Positions 29,505 to 40,442 of a stretch of 64,000 nucleotides of DNA are shown here, one piece after another. Source of the DNA: an uncultured Actinomycetes bacterium (GTDB lineage Bacteria > Actinomycetota > Actinomycetes > Streptosporangiales > Streptosporangiaceae); assembly GCA_963726415.1 (NCBI GenBank), contig CAVSCM010000021.1:65718-129717 (forward strand). The letters run 5' to 3'. The notes under the pieces are model-generated. The model saw only the letters and a program-made list of their open reading frames with translations, was not told the DNA's origin and did not search any database. Both the position numbers and the translations under genes were made by a program. How positions within the stretch are numbered: position 1 is the stretch's first letter; each line of letters begins with the position of its first letter.

Positions 29505-30068
29505 GTGCCTGAGGCCAGCGGGCCGATCATCGAGCAGACGTCCACCCGGGTGGTCTACGAGACGCCTCACATGCGCCTGCGTGAGGACGGCATCCGGCGA
29601 CCGGACGGGTCGACCGGGATTTACTCGTATGTGGAGAAGCCGGACTTCGCCTTGATCATCCCGGTCGAGAACGACGGTTTTCACCTGGTCGAGCAGTACC
29701 GCTACCCGGTGCGGATGCGGTGCTGGGAGTTCCCACAGGGCACCCTGCCCGGCATGGCGGTGGCCGACGACCCGGAGAAGCTCGCGAGGGAAGAACTCCG
29801 CCAGGAAACCGGCATGACGGCCAGCGTGCTGCGCCACCTCGGCCACCTGCACTGCGCGCACGGGCTGGTCAGCCAGGGCTTCGACGTGTTCGTGGCGTCC
29901 GGCCTGACACAAGGCACGCCGGAGCTTGAACTCGAGGAGCAGGACCTGCGCTGCCGTTGGTTTCGCCGCGGTGAGGTGGAACAGATGATCCGCGGTGGCG
30001 GCATCACCGACGACTCCACGCTCGCCGCCTACACGCTGTTCCTGCTGGCGGGGGAAAGCGCCCGCTGA
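29505..30068 (+). CDS. NUDIX hydrolase (ADP-ribose pyrophosphatase-like)
   Basis: Nudix box GTLPGMAVADDPEKLAREELRQETG; GTG start. Confidence 0.8.
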   Translation: MPEASGPIIEQTSTRVVYETPHMRLREDGIRRPDGSTGIYSYVEKPDFALIIPVENDGFHLVEQYRYPVRMRCWEFPQGTLPGMAVADDPEKLAREELRQETGMTASVLRHLGHLHCAHGLVSQGFDVFVASGLTQGTPELELEEQDLRCRWFRRGEVEQMIRGGGITDDSTLAAYTLFLLAGESAR

Positions 30069-30340
30069 TCAAGGACGACGATGCCCGCGGGAGCCGGGGC
30101 TCACGGGGGCGCCGTCCTAAGCGCTGACGTGCGGTCGCCTCCACGGCGAGTGGCACAACGCGGCTCCAGCCGAACGGTAATCCGCGAAGGCATCCATAGT
30201 TGCGGCCCGGGGCATCCAAGCACGCCAGCGAACGTTGCCAACGCCACCGCCCGGCGCCCTATTCCATGCCTGCCGGATTGGTTCCGCCATGGCGGCCAGC
30301 GGGCGGTCCCGGTGTCGGTGCCCGGCCATAGGATCGCCGG

Positions 30341-31030
30341 GTGAGCGACCTGAGCCCGGCGGCGGCGCTCGATGCCCTCGACGCGGCGTACCGGAACGTG
30401 ACCGCCGTGGCCGGCGGGCTTGGTGAGGCGGACCTGATGCGCCCGAGTCGCTGTGCCGGCTGGGCCGTGGCCGACGTTCTCTACCACGAATTGCTCGACG
30501 CCCGCCGGGCGCTGCGCACGTTCGCAAGCCCGGCGGACCAGCCGCCGGACCGCGACGACGTGTCCTATTGGACGGACTACGCCCCGAGCGGCAGCGCGGA
30601 CTTTGCGGAGGAGTCGGCGGCGCACGCGCGTTATGTCCGGATCGCCGCCGCCGCGTACCCGCCCGGCGCGCTGGCCTGGGAGTGGTCGGAGACCGCGGCG
30701 GCTGCGGTCCGGGCGGGCCGGGCGTGCGGGCACCAGGCGGTGACGACCCAGGGGCACACGCTGACCGTGGCCGACTTCGCCGCCACGCTCGCCGTCGAGG
30801 CCGCCGTGCACTACCTGGACCTGACCGTGGCCCTGCCCGGTAGCCCCGCGCCCGATCCGGCCTCGCTGGCACTGGTGCGCCGGGTTCTCGACGGTCTCCT
30901 GGGTGCCCCGGTCCCGGCCTCCTGGGACGACGTGACCGCCGCGCTCAAGGGCACCGGCCGTGAGCCCCTCACCGAGGCCGACCGCCAGGCCCTGGGCCCC
31001 TCGATCGGCAGGTTCCCCCTCTTCGCCTGA
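30341..31030 (+). CDS. maleylpyruvate isomerase N-terminal-domain family protein (mycothiol-dependent DinB/YfiT-like)
   Basis: N-terminal CAGWAVADVLYHE-type DinB_2 motif. Confidence 0.65.
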   Translation: MSDLSPAAALDALDAAYRNVTAVAGGLGEADLMRPSRCAGWAVADVLYHELLDARRALRTFASPADQPPDRDDVSYWTDYAPSGSADFAEESAAHARYVRIAAAAYPPGALAWEWSETAAAAVRAGRACGHQAVTTQGHTLTVADFAATLAVEAAVHYLDLTVALPGSPAPDPASLALVRRVLDGLLGAPVPASWDDVTAALKGTGREPLTEADRQALGPSIGRFPLFA

Positions 31031-31110
31031 CTGCCCGCGGGCGCGCCGGGCCGGGGCGTGCCGAGTTCGGGGCAGGCCAAGGCCGTCATTCGGTCGCCAG
31101 GCGATAGTGT

Positions 31111-31392
31111 GTGAAATCCACAGTCGGGCATTGTGAGGAGCGGCTGGTCGTGGCCGGGGATGAATCCCTGATCGGCTCCATCGGTGTTCTCATCATTGCC
31201 ACCCGCGGTGCTGCCGGTCCCGGGGAGGTCATGGTCAAAATCCGCGGCGGGACTGAGGCGTTCATCGCCTGGTCCGCCGAGCCGATTCCGCGGGGCTCGA
31301 CCGTGCTGGTCATCAACAACCGCGGCACGCGGACGGTCGATGTCAGCCCGTGGATAGACCCGCTGGATCCCTTTCCCGACGATGCCGTTTGA
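31111..31392 (+). CDS. NfeD-like OB-fold protein (short form)
   Basis: C-terminal beta-barrel motif GEVMVKIRGGTEAFIAWS..IPRGSTVLV; immediately upstream of flotillin. Confidence 0.65.
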   Translation: MKSTVGHCEERLVVAGDESLIGSIGVLIIATRGAAGPGEVMVKIRGGTEAFIAWSAEPIPRGSTVLVINNRGTRTVDVSPWIDPLDPFPDDAV

Positions 31393-31403
31393 GGAGCACC
31401 ACC

Positions 31404-32597
31404 ATGTTCGGATATAGAGTTCCCGCCCCTGACAGCGCGATGATGATTTCTGGCGGCAGGCTCCGGCGGGACACCGCGCCGTTCCGGGTGGTCGTCGGCC
31501 ACGGCACCTTCGTGCTTCCCTTTTTCCGCAAGGCGCGTTACCTGACGCTGTCCATGCAGGAGGCCGAGGTCTCGGAGGTCTGCGTCACCAGGCAGGGCAT
31601 CTCGGTGAACGTCCGGGCCGTGATCGCGTTCAAGGTTGGCAACGACGACGAGAGCATCATCAACGCCGGCCAGCGGTTCCTGTCCGATCAGGACCAGATG
31701 TCCACGCTGACCGGCCGTATCTTCGCCGGGCACCTGCGCTCGATCGTCGGCTCGATGACGGTGGAGGAGATCGTCACCGAGCGCCAGAAGCTCGCCACCG
31801 AAGTCCTCGATGGGTCGAAGGCCGAGATGGCCAAGATCGGCCTGACCGTGGACTCACTGCAGATTCAGTCGATCGACGACATGAACTCCGGGTACATCGA
31901 CGCGATGGCCGCCCCGCACCGGGCCGCGATCCAGCGGCAGGCCAAGATCGCGCAGGCCCAGGCCAACCAGGCGGCCGCCGAGGCCGAGCAGGAGTCGCAG
32001 CGCAAGCAGGCCGAGTACGCGCGGCAGACGGCGGTCGTGCAGGCCCAGTACAAGGCCGAGGTGGACCAGGCCCAGGCCCAGTCGGCCCAGATGGGGCCGC
32101 TCACCCAGGCGAAGGCCCAGCGTGATGTGATCACCGCCCAGACCGAACTGGCGCACCAGCAGGCCGAGCTGCGCCAGCGCCAGCTTGTCGCCGAGGTCAT
32201 CAAGCCGGCCGAGGCCGAAGCGGACAAGATCCGTATCCTCGCCCAGGCCGACGCGGAGCGGATGCGGATCCAGGCCGCGGCGGCGGCCTCGCACGACCGG
32301 GTCGCGCTCGACCGCATGCTGATCGACCAGCTTCCGCTGATCGTCAAGGAGGCCGCCGGCGGCCTGGCCGGCGCGAACGTCAACGTGCTCAACGGCGCGG
32401 AGGGACTGGGTGAGCTGACCGCCGGCCTGGTCGCCCAGGGGCTGACCATCCTGGACTCGGTGAAGAAGAACCTGGCCGGGTCTTCGGCGGTAGGCCAGGG
32501 GTTCCGCTCCGCGGGCGACGACAGCGACGACGAGCCGCGGGCGCTGCCGGGCAGCACGGCGGCGAGCGGCTCCGCCGACGGCCAGCCGCCCAGATAA
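31404..32597 (+). CDS. flotillin-like SPFH/Band-7 protein with a long coiled-coil A/Q/E-rich region
   Basis: SPFH domain followed by a coiled-coil (AQAQANQAAAEAEQE..); GAGGAG RBS. Confidence 0.85.
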   Translation: MFGYRVPAPDSAMMISGGRLRRDTAPFRVVVGHGTFVLPFFRKARYLTLSMQEAEVSEVCVTRQGISVNVRAVIAFKVGNDDESIINAGQRFLSDQDQMSTLTGRIFAGHLRSIVGSMTVEEIVTERQKLATEVLDGSKAEMAKIGLTVDSLQIQSIDDMNSGYIDAMAAPHRAAIQRQAKIAQAQANQAAAEAEQESQRKQAEYARQTAVVQAQYKAEVDQAQAQSAQMGPLTQAKAQRDVITAQTELAHQQAELRQRQLVAEVIKPAEAEADKIRILAQADAERMRIQAAAAASHDRVALDRMLIDQLPLIVKEAAGGLAGANVNVLNGAEGLGELTAGLVAQGLTILDSVKKNLAGSSAVGQGFRSAGDDSDDEPRALPGSTAASGSADGQPPR

Positions 32598-32680
32598 CGC
32601 TTCCATCTGCATCTGCCGGGACCCGGCCCGGCGAACTGGACCACCCGCCCGCTCGGCTGGGCCTGTGCGAGGCTGCAGGG

Positions 32681-33875
32681 GTGCCGGTTCTGGTTGGCGC
32701 GTGTGTGCTCGCGGCGGTCGCGTGGGTTTATCTGCTTGTCGCGCACGGGGGCTTCTGGCGCACGGATTGCCGGCTGCCCGCGGCGGCCGAAGGGGCCGGG
32801 CCCGGGGGACTGGCCCTCGGTGGTGGCCGTGATTCCGGCGCGGGACGAGGCGGCCATCGCTGCCGGAGACCCTGCCCAGCCTGCTGGGCCAGGAGTATCC
32901 GGGTGAACTGTCGGTCGTGCTGGTGGACGACGGGAGTTCGGACGGGACGCCGGGAGTCGCCGACGCCCTGGGAAGCGCGTCCCGGTGTGGCGCTCAAGGT
33001 GATCCGGGGTGAGGCCCTCGCCGACGGGGTGGGCGGGCAAGGTCTGGGCCATGGCGCAGGGGGTGGCCGCCGCGGGGGAGTGCGACTATCTGCTGTTCAC
33101 CGACGCCGACATCGCCTTCGGCCCCGGCACGGTCGCCGCCCTGGCCCGCGCCGCGGTCACCGACGACCGTGCACTGGTGTCCCAGATGGCGCTGCTGCGC
33201 GCGGACACCGGCTGGGAGAAATGGATCGTCCCGGCCTTCGTCTACTTCTTCGCCCAGCTCTACCCGTTCCGCCGGATCGGGCGCCCCGGCGCCCGTACCG
33301 CCGCGGCGGCCGGTGGCTGCATGCTGGTGCGCCGCACGGTCCTCGCCGCGGCCGGGGGCCTGGAGAAGATCAGGGACGCCAGGATCGACGACATCGCCCT
33401 GGCGCGGTTGCTGAAGCGGCCGCCCGTGGCCGCCCGCTGCTGGCTCGGGTTCACCACGGACGTGCGCAGCCGACGGCCCTACCCAGGGCTCGCCGAACTG
33501 TGGGGGATGGTGGCACGCAGCGCCTACACCCAGCTCCGGTACTCGCCGCCGCTGCTCGTGGCGGTGCTGGCCGGGCTGGCCTGGCTCTACCTGCTGCCGC
33601 CCGTGGCCGGCCTCGCCGGGCTGGCCGCGCTGGCGGCGGGTGCGGGCACCGGGCCGGGCGCGGCCGCGGCCTGGTGTGCCGCGGCGGGCCTCACCGGGTG
33701 GTTCCTGCAGGCGGTCACCTACCTCCCGGTGCTCAGGTTGTACCGATTGTCGTGGTTTCGTGCCCCTGGATTGCCGCTGGCGGCGCTGTTTTACGCGGGC
33801 ATGACGGCGGACTCGGCCCGGCGGTACCACGCGGGCCGTGGCGGTGCGTGGAAGGGCCGGACAATCCCGCTCTGA
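32681..33875 (+). pseudogene. HpnB-like family-2 glycosyltransferase disrupted by at least 4 frameshifts between 32760 and 33010
   Basis: Pieces VVAVIPARDEAA / TLPSLLGQEYPGELSVVLVDDGSSDGT / ALKVIRGE / GWAGKVWAMAQG.. lie in different frames; C-terminal TM region intact. Confidence 0.55.
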
Positions 33876-33947
33876 CCTGGCGGCCGTGCGCATCGCGTAT
33901 CGCATGAGTCCCCCGGCGCCATGATCACGACGCAAGGCTCAGCGGGA

Positions 33948-35117
33948 TCAGTGGTTTGCGGGCAGGAAAAGGAGGCCTTGCGGCTCCAGCCGGGGCCCGG
34001 ACAGCGTCACCTTGCTCACGTGGCCGGTCCACGGGCCGAGCATGCCGAGGTAGTTCGGCAGGAACCCGGGCGCGGGGCAGGTCGGCGGGGCGCTGCCAGC
34101 GTCGCACGGGGTGACCGCGGCGAAGATCGAGCCCGCCTCGAAGTCGCCGTCGACCCGGTCGATCGTGTCACCGTCGTGGTCGGCCGCGAAGAGCTGCCCG
34201 TCCCCTGTTATCCACGCCGTGTCGTCCACCGACTGGGACAGGTTCAGCACGAGCAGTCGTAGCGCACCATCGCGTTGTTGCGCGTAGATCTGCTGCTTGT
34301 CGCCCTGGCTGGTCAGTTCGAAGTCACCGGCGAACCGGGGCGCGCCCCACGGGACCGCGAAGTTGGAGTCCGGGTCGGTGAGCGCCAGCTTCACCTTCGT
34401 CCCGTGGCTGGTGCCAGTGTTGGCGACGGTGGCGTGGGCTTCGTCGCGGAAAAGTGGGGTGACGGTGGCGACGTGGTGCGCACCGAGGGCGACCGAATAG
34501 ACGGCCGGATAGGTCGGCTGCGGGGCAGGCTTGCCGGTGGTGCCGGGCGCCGAGGCGCTGATGAAGATCTGCCCCTGGTAAATCGTGATGGCGTCGGTGC
34601 CGCCGTGGTGCGGCAGCGGCTCGTTGTAGGCGTAGTGCTGGATGCCACCGGTCCTGGCCACCGGGTCGATGGTGTACAGGCTGGAGTTGGCGTCCTCGTT
34701 CACCGTGGCGATGAGCGCGCCCAGCACCGGGTCGGCGGTCAGGCCGTCGCACTTTCCCTTGATGTCCCACTGGCGGAGCACGTGGCCCGACGGGGCGAAC
34801 TCGACGACCGTGCTGCTGGTGTTGCCGTCGCTGCTCGGCTCGCCCTGTGAGCCGACGCCGTTCTGGAAGGCGGCGAACAGGAAGTCGCCGAAGTGGGTGA
34901 GGTCGTCGGGCTGGGACAGCGGCTCGGTCTTGCGCGCCCCGGACACCGTGTAGTGGTGGTGCAGTGTCATTCCGTTGACGATCTGCTGCACGGAAAAGCC
35001 GGGCTGCGAATGCGCCCCGCCGGGAGATGCCGTGGCCGCCGGCCCGGCGAGCACCAGGCTCGCCGGGACGGCCAGAGCCGCGAACGCCGTCACGGCACGC
35101 CGCGCCGTCAGGATCAT
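33948..35117 (-). CDS. secreted hypothetical protein (signal peptide)
   Basis: N-terminal signal peptide AFAALAVPASLVLAGPAATA; continuous 389-aa frame with high GC3. Confidence 0.6.
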   Translation of the reverse strand: MILTARRAVTAFAALAVPASLVLAGPAATASPGGAHSQPGFSVQQIVNGMTLHHHYTVSGARKTEPLSQPDDLTHFGDFLFAAFQNGVGSQGEPSSDGNTSSTVVEFAPSGHVLRQWDIKGKCDGLTADPVLGALIATVNEDANSSLYTIDPVARTGGIQHYAYNEPLPHHGGTDAITIYQGQIFISASAPGTTGKPAPQPTYPAVYSVALGAHHVATVTPLFRDEAHATVANTGTSHGTKVKLALTDPDSNFAVPWGAPRFAGDFELTSQGDKQQIYAQQRDGALRLLVLNLSQSVDDTAWITGDGQLFAADHDGDTIDRVDGDFEAGSIFAAVTPCDAGSAPPTCPAPGFLPNYLGMLGPWTGHVSKVTLSGPRLEPQGLLFLPANH

Positions 35118-35402
35118 GGGGACGCCCCTTTCACCGGCCCGCTCTTCGGTCGGAGGAAATGAACGTGATCAGCGTGCCGAGGGAAGCTGACCACGAGCCC
35201 CGCTCCGGTGGGCCTGCTGGTGAACGGCACCCCAAGAGTGCCTGGCCATCTGGTGAGGGTGCGCTTGACCATTCGTTGGGACGTCCATGGCGGCGCCGGC
35301 CCAGGTACGAGCCGGATACCCCGGCAGGCAATAGGGCCGGGCACGCTTCTGGCGGGGGTGCGCCGGGCACCCCCGCCAGAAACGCGGATCAGAACTAGGC
35401 GA

Positions 35403-37439
35403 TCAGAACCTGGACATGGTGCGGATGAAGGTGTTGCCGACCGAGCCGATCCCGGTCAGGCCGTCGAAACCAGGGCCGACGGTCAGGGTCACGTTGCGCG
35501 TCGCGCAGTTGCCCGTGGAGTCGCAGAAGGTCTCCGGCCCCGCGTAGTTGATCGCCCGGGCGCTGACGAGGAACCCGTCCGAGTTGTTGACCGTGTTCGC
35601 GTAGTCCACGCGGATCACGGCCGCCGAGTTCGGATTCGCCGGCGGCAGGATGTCCCTGAACGCCGACGGGTCCTCGTCGAGGCCTTGTAAAGGGCCGGGT
35701 TGAGGAACCCGATCGACGCGCCCGCGGCCTGATCGACATCCGCGATCACGCCGGCCAGCAGCGGGGAGGCAAGGCTCGTGCCGCCCTCCTTGAACTGGCC
35801 GTACCGGACGCCCGATGGGAACGTCTGGGTCAGGCCGATCAGCATCCCGCTCTGGGCGTCGGCGTCCATCGAGATGTCAGGCTCGACCCGCAGCGGCATC
35901 GGCCCGAAGAGCGCCTCGTTGCGCAGCGCGAGCGCGTTCGGCACGACGTCCGGCCTGGTAGGACGGCTGGGTGTAGGTGTAGCTCGTGCCGCCGCCGCCG
36001 CCGGAGTTGCCACGCGAGCGCGCGCCGTCGGGGGTGGTCGCGGAGCCACAGTTCTTCGCGTGACACCGGGCCGCAGAGCACTCTACTTGGCGGTGGACCA
36101 GCCGAACTCCGCCTGGCGGGCGTTGCGCGCGTTCACCTCGAGCGTCGTCCCGCCGACGGCGGTCACGAACGGGCTGGTCGGCGGGTAGTCCGGCGCGGTC
36201 AGCCCGAAGTCGGCGAAGTTGTCACCGACGTCACCGCTCGAGAACAGGACGCTGACGCCTGTGGAGGCCGCAAGCATGAACGTGTTGTCGAACGCGGTCT
36301 TGGCGGCCGCGTCCTCCAGGAGGTCACCAGCAACGTCGCCCCACGAGTCGCTGACCACGGAGGCGCCACTGGTGATCGCGGTGGTCAGGGCGGCGAGCAG
36401 GTCCGAGTCGAAGCAACTCTCCGCTCCGACGTAGAGCTGGGTCGCTCCCGGCGCGATGGCGTGCGAGGACTCGACGTCGAGCGCCTGCTCGGCGAACCAG
36501 CCGCTGGCGCCGCAGGCAGCCTCGTTGTCCACCGTCGGGGGGGTCACGTTGATGAACTTGGACGACAGCACCGGGTTGGCGGGATCGTTCATCCTGAAGT
36601 ACTGCTGTGCGTCGGCCAGCAGGTGGGCGAGTCGTACGCGTCGACGATCGCGATCGTCACGCCCTTGCCGTTGTTGCCGCCGGCCACGGACTTGCTGAGC
36701 CCGTACGCGCCGCGCAGTTGGGCCGGCGTGTAGCCGCAGATGTCATAGGGCAGCGGATGGGTGAACGGCTTGTAGAGCTGGCCGGAGTCCTTGGTGTCGG
36801 TCTTCTGTCCCCAGAAGGCCGAGCAGGGCTGGGGGTTGCGGAATCCGCGGGCGGCGCCGGCTCCTGGGCCGGTCCGCTTGCGCGGCCGGCCGGGGTGCGG
36901 GCGAGGCTGGTCGTTTCCACGTACTGGTTGATGCCGAGCGTGCCAGAGACGGCGCCAGCCAGCGACGACGGGATCGTCATCGTGCCCTTGGCCAGCCGCA
37001 CCTTGTGGCCGTTCACGTGGTAGTAGCCGAGTTGCACGCCGAACGCGCGCTCGACGGCCGCCGCGGTCCCGCTGGCGGACACGAACAGCCGGTCCTTGGC
37101 GACCGCGCCGACGGAGAAGCCCTCCTGGCGCAGCCAGGACTGGGCCTTCGCCACCGAGGCCGCGGTCGGCCCGTACCGGGCCACCCACTGGGCGTCGGTC
37201 AGGTAGTGACGGTAGAGCCGGGAGCCCGGGCTGGAGACTTGGCGCACGAAGGCCTGGGCGCCCGTGGCGTTACGCAGCGCGAGCGCGAGGTCGAAGCGAA
37301 CCGTGCTCTTTGCCGCGACGCTTCCCGCCGGGTGGGCGCGTTCCTTGGCAGGCGTCAGCGACCCGTGCAGGGCCACGCGGCCCGGCGGTGGCGCCGGGTG
37401 CGCGGCCGCGGCAGCGGGTGCCGCTGCCGCGAATGACAC
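35403..37439 (-). pseudogene. sedolisin (S53) family serine peptidase with pro-kumamolisin activation domain, disrupted by at least 4 frameshifts
   Basis: Pro-domain (37439-36660), catalytic pieces (GVTIAIVDAYD.., SGTS-like GGTSLASP) spread over 5 reading frames. Confidence 0.6.
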
Positions 37440-37707
37440 GGCCAGCCCAATGGACCCGGTCAGGGCCCCACAATCGGGCAGGTTTCATGACTTGCCTCCT
37501 TCGTGCTGCATCGCAGCGATGAGTCCCGTGACGGCAGGGGACATCGGGACCCTAGCGACAGCTGAGCGTTAAGGCAAGGCTTACCTTGCCTTAGAGGCGC
37601 GTCCGTTTCCGCAGCGTTATAGACGTGCGGCGGCCAAGGCTCGCTCGCTTCAGGCCCGGCTCAAGTGTGATCGGGTACCGTACGCAAAGCGTGGCTCGCG
37701 TCATCCG

Positions 37708-38535
37708 GTGCCGGATCTCGCGGCCCCGGCCAGCGGCGGAGGGATGACGATGGCGCCTCAGGTGCTCCAAGCGCCTGCCGAGCAGGTAGTGGAACTGCCC
37801 GAGCCGTGGCGCTCCGCGGCCGTTACCGTCGTGCTGCCTACCTACAACGAGGCCGCCAATCTCCCGGCGATCGTGGCCGAACTGCTCGCCCTGCCCCTGT
37901 CCGGCCTGCGGATACTGGTAGCCGACGACAATTCGCCCGACGGCACCGGGCGCATCGCCGACCAGCTTGCCGCCGAGTATGGCCAGGCCCGGATCACCGT
38001 CGTGCACCGGCCGGGCAAGCAGGGGCTCGGCCGGGCCTACGTGGACGGGATGACCCAGGCCATCGCCGCGGGTGCCGAGTTCGTGGTGCAGATGGACAGC
38101 GACCTGTCGCACGCGCCGAAGTACCTGCCGCAGATGCTCGGCACCCTGCTGTCCGCCTCCGCCGACGTGGTGATCGGCTCCAGGTATGTGGCCGGTGCCA
38201 GCCTGGCGAGCGAATGGTCGTGGCACCGCCGGGCGCTGTCCGGTTTTGCCAACTACTACGTCCGTGCGCTGCTGCGGCTCGGTATCCGCGACGTCACCGC
38301 GGGCTTCAAGATCTGGCGCACCTCCGCACTGGAAGCCATCGACGTGGCCAGCATCCGCAGCAACGGCTACAGCTTCCAGGTCGAGATGAACTTCCGGTCG
38401 GTCCGGCACGGCCTGAAGATCGTCGAGTTGCCCATCCATTTCGCCGAGCGCCGGGAAGGCGACAGCAAAATGAACCTGCGGGTGCAGCTCGAATCGGCGC
38501 TCATACCGTTCCTGCTGCGCCGGCGCGCCCACTAG
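37708..38535 (+). CDS. polyprenol-phosphate mannosyltransferase-like GT2 (Ppm1/DPM1 family)
   Basis: [20 protein letters not shown] and QMDSDLSH (DXD) motifs; alternative ATG at 37747. Confidence 0.8.
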   Translation: MPDLAAPASGGGMTMAPQVLQAPAEQVVELPEPWRSAAVTVVLPTYNEAANLPAIVAELLALPLSGLRILVADDNSPDGTGRIADQLAAEYGQARITVVHRPGKQGLGRAYVDGMTQAIAAGAEFVVQMDSDLSHAPKYLPQMLGTLLSASADVVIGSRYVAGASLASEWSWHRRALSGFANYYVRALLRLGIRDVTAGFKIWRTSALEAIDVASIRSNGYSFQVEMNFRSVRHGLKIVELPIHFAERREGDSKMNLRVQLESALIPFLLRRRAH

Positions 38536-38549
38536 AGACGAGGTGCCGC

Positions 38550-38909
38550 ATGGCTGATGACACGGCGATTTCGTACAAGGCGGCAGTGGCTGGTACGCCG
38601 GTGCTGAGCACCTCAGGCACGCAGATCGGCACCCTGGAGCACGTGCTGCAGATACCGGAACTCGACGTCTTCGACGGGATCGTCATCGCCACGCACGCGG
38701 GCCTGCGGTTCATCGACGCCGACCAGGTGCGCGAGATCACCCGCAGCCACATCCAGAGCAGCCTGGACGACAGCCAGGCCAGCCGGCTGCCGCCGCCCGA
38801 CGGGCCGCCGGTGTACCGGGTCGATGCCCTGGCGGACACCGGGCACAGCTTCCACGACGTGCTCGGCCGCCTGTTCCGCCGGCCGCACTGGACCCGCGAG
38901 CACGACTAG
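38550..38909 (+). CDS. hypothetical protein
   Basis: ATG with upstream GAGACGAGG RBS; continuous 119-aa frame. Confidence 0.45.
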   Translation: MADDTAISYKAAVAGTPVLSTSGTQIGTLEHVLQIPELDVFDGIVIATHAGLRFIDADQVREITRSHIQSSLDDSQASRLPPPDGPPVYRVDALADTGHSFHDVLGRLFRRPHWTREHD

Positions 38910-38940
38910 CAGCCGGCCGTTCGGGGTTTCCGGTGCGGCG

Positions 38941-39933
38941 ATGATGGCAGTCATGACGTTGCGCACACCGTTCACGGAGTACTTCGAAGTGCGGCACCCC
39001 ATCGCGCTGGCGCCGATGGGCTTCTCCGCCGGGGGCGCCCTGGCGGCGGCGGTCTCCAACGGCGGCGGCCTGGGCCTGCTCGGCGCCGGCCGGGGAGACC
39101 GGGACTGGCTGGCCCGCGAGCTGCCGATCGTCGCCGAGGGTACCGCCAAGCCCTGGGGCGTCGGCTTCCAGAGCTGGTCGGCCGATGTCGGCTTGGTCGA
39201 GTTCGCGCTGACCTACCGGCCACGGGCGGTCATGCTGTCCTTCGGCGACCCCGGGCCGTTCATCGAGCCCATCCGGCAGGCCGGGGCGGCGCTGATCATC
39301 CAGGTCACCGACCTCGATGAGGCCAGGCGGGCGCTGGATGCCGGCGCCGATGTCATCGTGGCGCAGGGGACCGAGGCCGGCGGGCACAGCGGCGGCCGGG
39401 GGAGGCCGACGCTGCCGTTCGTCCCGATCGTGGCCGACCTTGCGGCGCCCACGCCGGTGCTGGCCGCGGGCGGGATCGCCGACGGGCGGGGTGTGGCGGC
39501 GGCCCTGGTCCTCGGCGCGGCGGGGGCGCTCATCGGGACCCGGTTCCAGGCGACTCCGGAAGCGCTCGTCCAGCCCGCGATCACCAAGGCGATCCTCGAG
39601 GGGCTCGGCGAGGACACCGAGCGCAACACGGTCCTGGATATCGCCAGGGGCGCGCCGTGGCCGTCGAAGTACCCGGCGCGCACCCTCGGCCATCCGTTCC
39701 TCGACCAGTGGCGTGGCCGGGACGGGGAACTGGCCGCCGACGCCGGTGCCCTGCGGGCCTACCAGGATGGGGTGGAGCACGGCACGCTGCCGCCGACGCC
39801 GGTGTGGGCCAGCGCGGCGATCGACCTCATCACCGACCTGGTGCCCGCGGCCGATCTGGTCGGCGCCCTGGCGGCCCAGGCGGAGGAGTCGCTGGCCCGG
39901 GCCGGTGGCGCCGGCCGCCCGGCCGGCGGCTAG
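38941..39933 (+). CDS. nitronate monooxygenase (FMN-dependent 2-nitropropane dioxygenase family)
   Basis: IALAPMGFSAGG and GADVIVAQGTEAGGH motifs. Confidence 0.8.
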   Translation: MMAVMTLRTPFTEYFEVRHPIALAPMGFSAGGALAAAVSNGGGLGLLGAGRGDRDWLARELPIVAEGTAKPWGVGFQSWSADVGLVEFALTYRPRAVMLSFGDPGPFIEPIRQAGAALIIQVTDLDEARRALDAGADVIVAQGTEAGGHSGGRGRPTLPFVPIVADLAAPTPVLAAGGIADGRGVAAALVLGAAGALIGTRFQATPEALVQPAITKAILEGLGEDTERNTVLDIARGAPWPSKYPARTLGHPFLDQWRGRDGELAADAGALRAYQDGVEHGTLPPTPVWASAAIDLITDLVPAADLVGALAAQAEESLARAGGAGRPAGG

Positions 39934-40442
39934 GAAAGCCGCTGCGTTACGCCTGCCGTGGCCGGTGAGCCGCCGCGCGGGCCGGGCGGGCGCACCAGGT
40001 AGATGTTGGCCGCGTAGCACACCAGCGCAACCCCCGTGAGCACCGACATCGCCAGGGAGGCGCCCCGGTCGCCGGTGCGAGCGAATCCGGCTCCGGCCAC
40101 GGCGGCCATGGCCAGCGCGACCAGGCCCACCGCCGACCAGGCGATGATCGCCGGGCGGCGGTTCTGGATGGCTTGCACCAGCACGCCTAGTGCGCCCAGC
40201 CCGAGCAGCAGCCCTAGCACGGCGTGGACGCTGAGCATCGCCGGCCCGTTGCTGATGGCGGTCCCCAGGCCGTGGCCATGGTCGGCCCGGGGGATGGTGC
40301 TGTACAGGTTGACGTACATGCCGATCCCGTACTCCACCACGACGAGCACCAGCGTCACCAGGCTGGCGCGCCGGACCCGGTCAAGGGCTGCCGTGGCGGC
40401 GGTGCCCGGCGGCCGTGCCGGGGATTGCGCCCGCACGCTCAT
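39930..40442 (-). CDS. integral membrane protein
   Basis: 4 predicted TM helices; ATGA overlap with the upstream methyltransferase gene. Confidence 0.55.
   Translation of the reverse strand: MSVRAQSPARPPGTAATAALDRVRRASLVTLVLVVVEYGIGMYVNLYSTIPRADHGHGLGTAISNGPAMLSVHAVLGLLLGLGALGVLVQAIQNRRPAIIAWSAVGLVALAMAAVAGAGFARTGDRGASLAMSVLTGVALVCYAANIYLVRPPGPRGGSPATAGVTQRLS

Noticed and set aside
38737-40020. 427-aa minus-strand ORF antisense to the nitronate monooxygenase gene
   Set aside because: Arg/Gly/Pro-rich with no domain. The plus-strand frame has NMO FMN-binding motifs.
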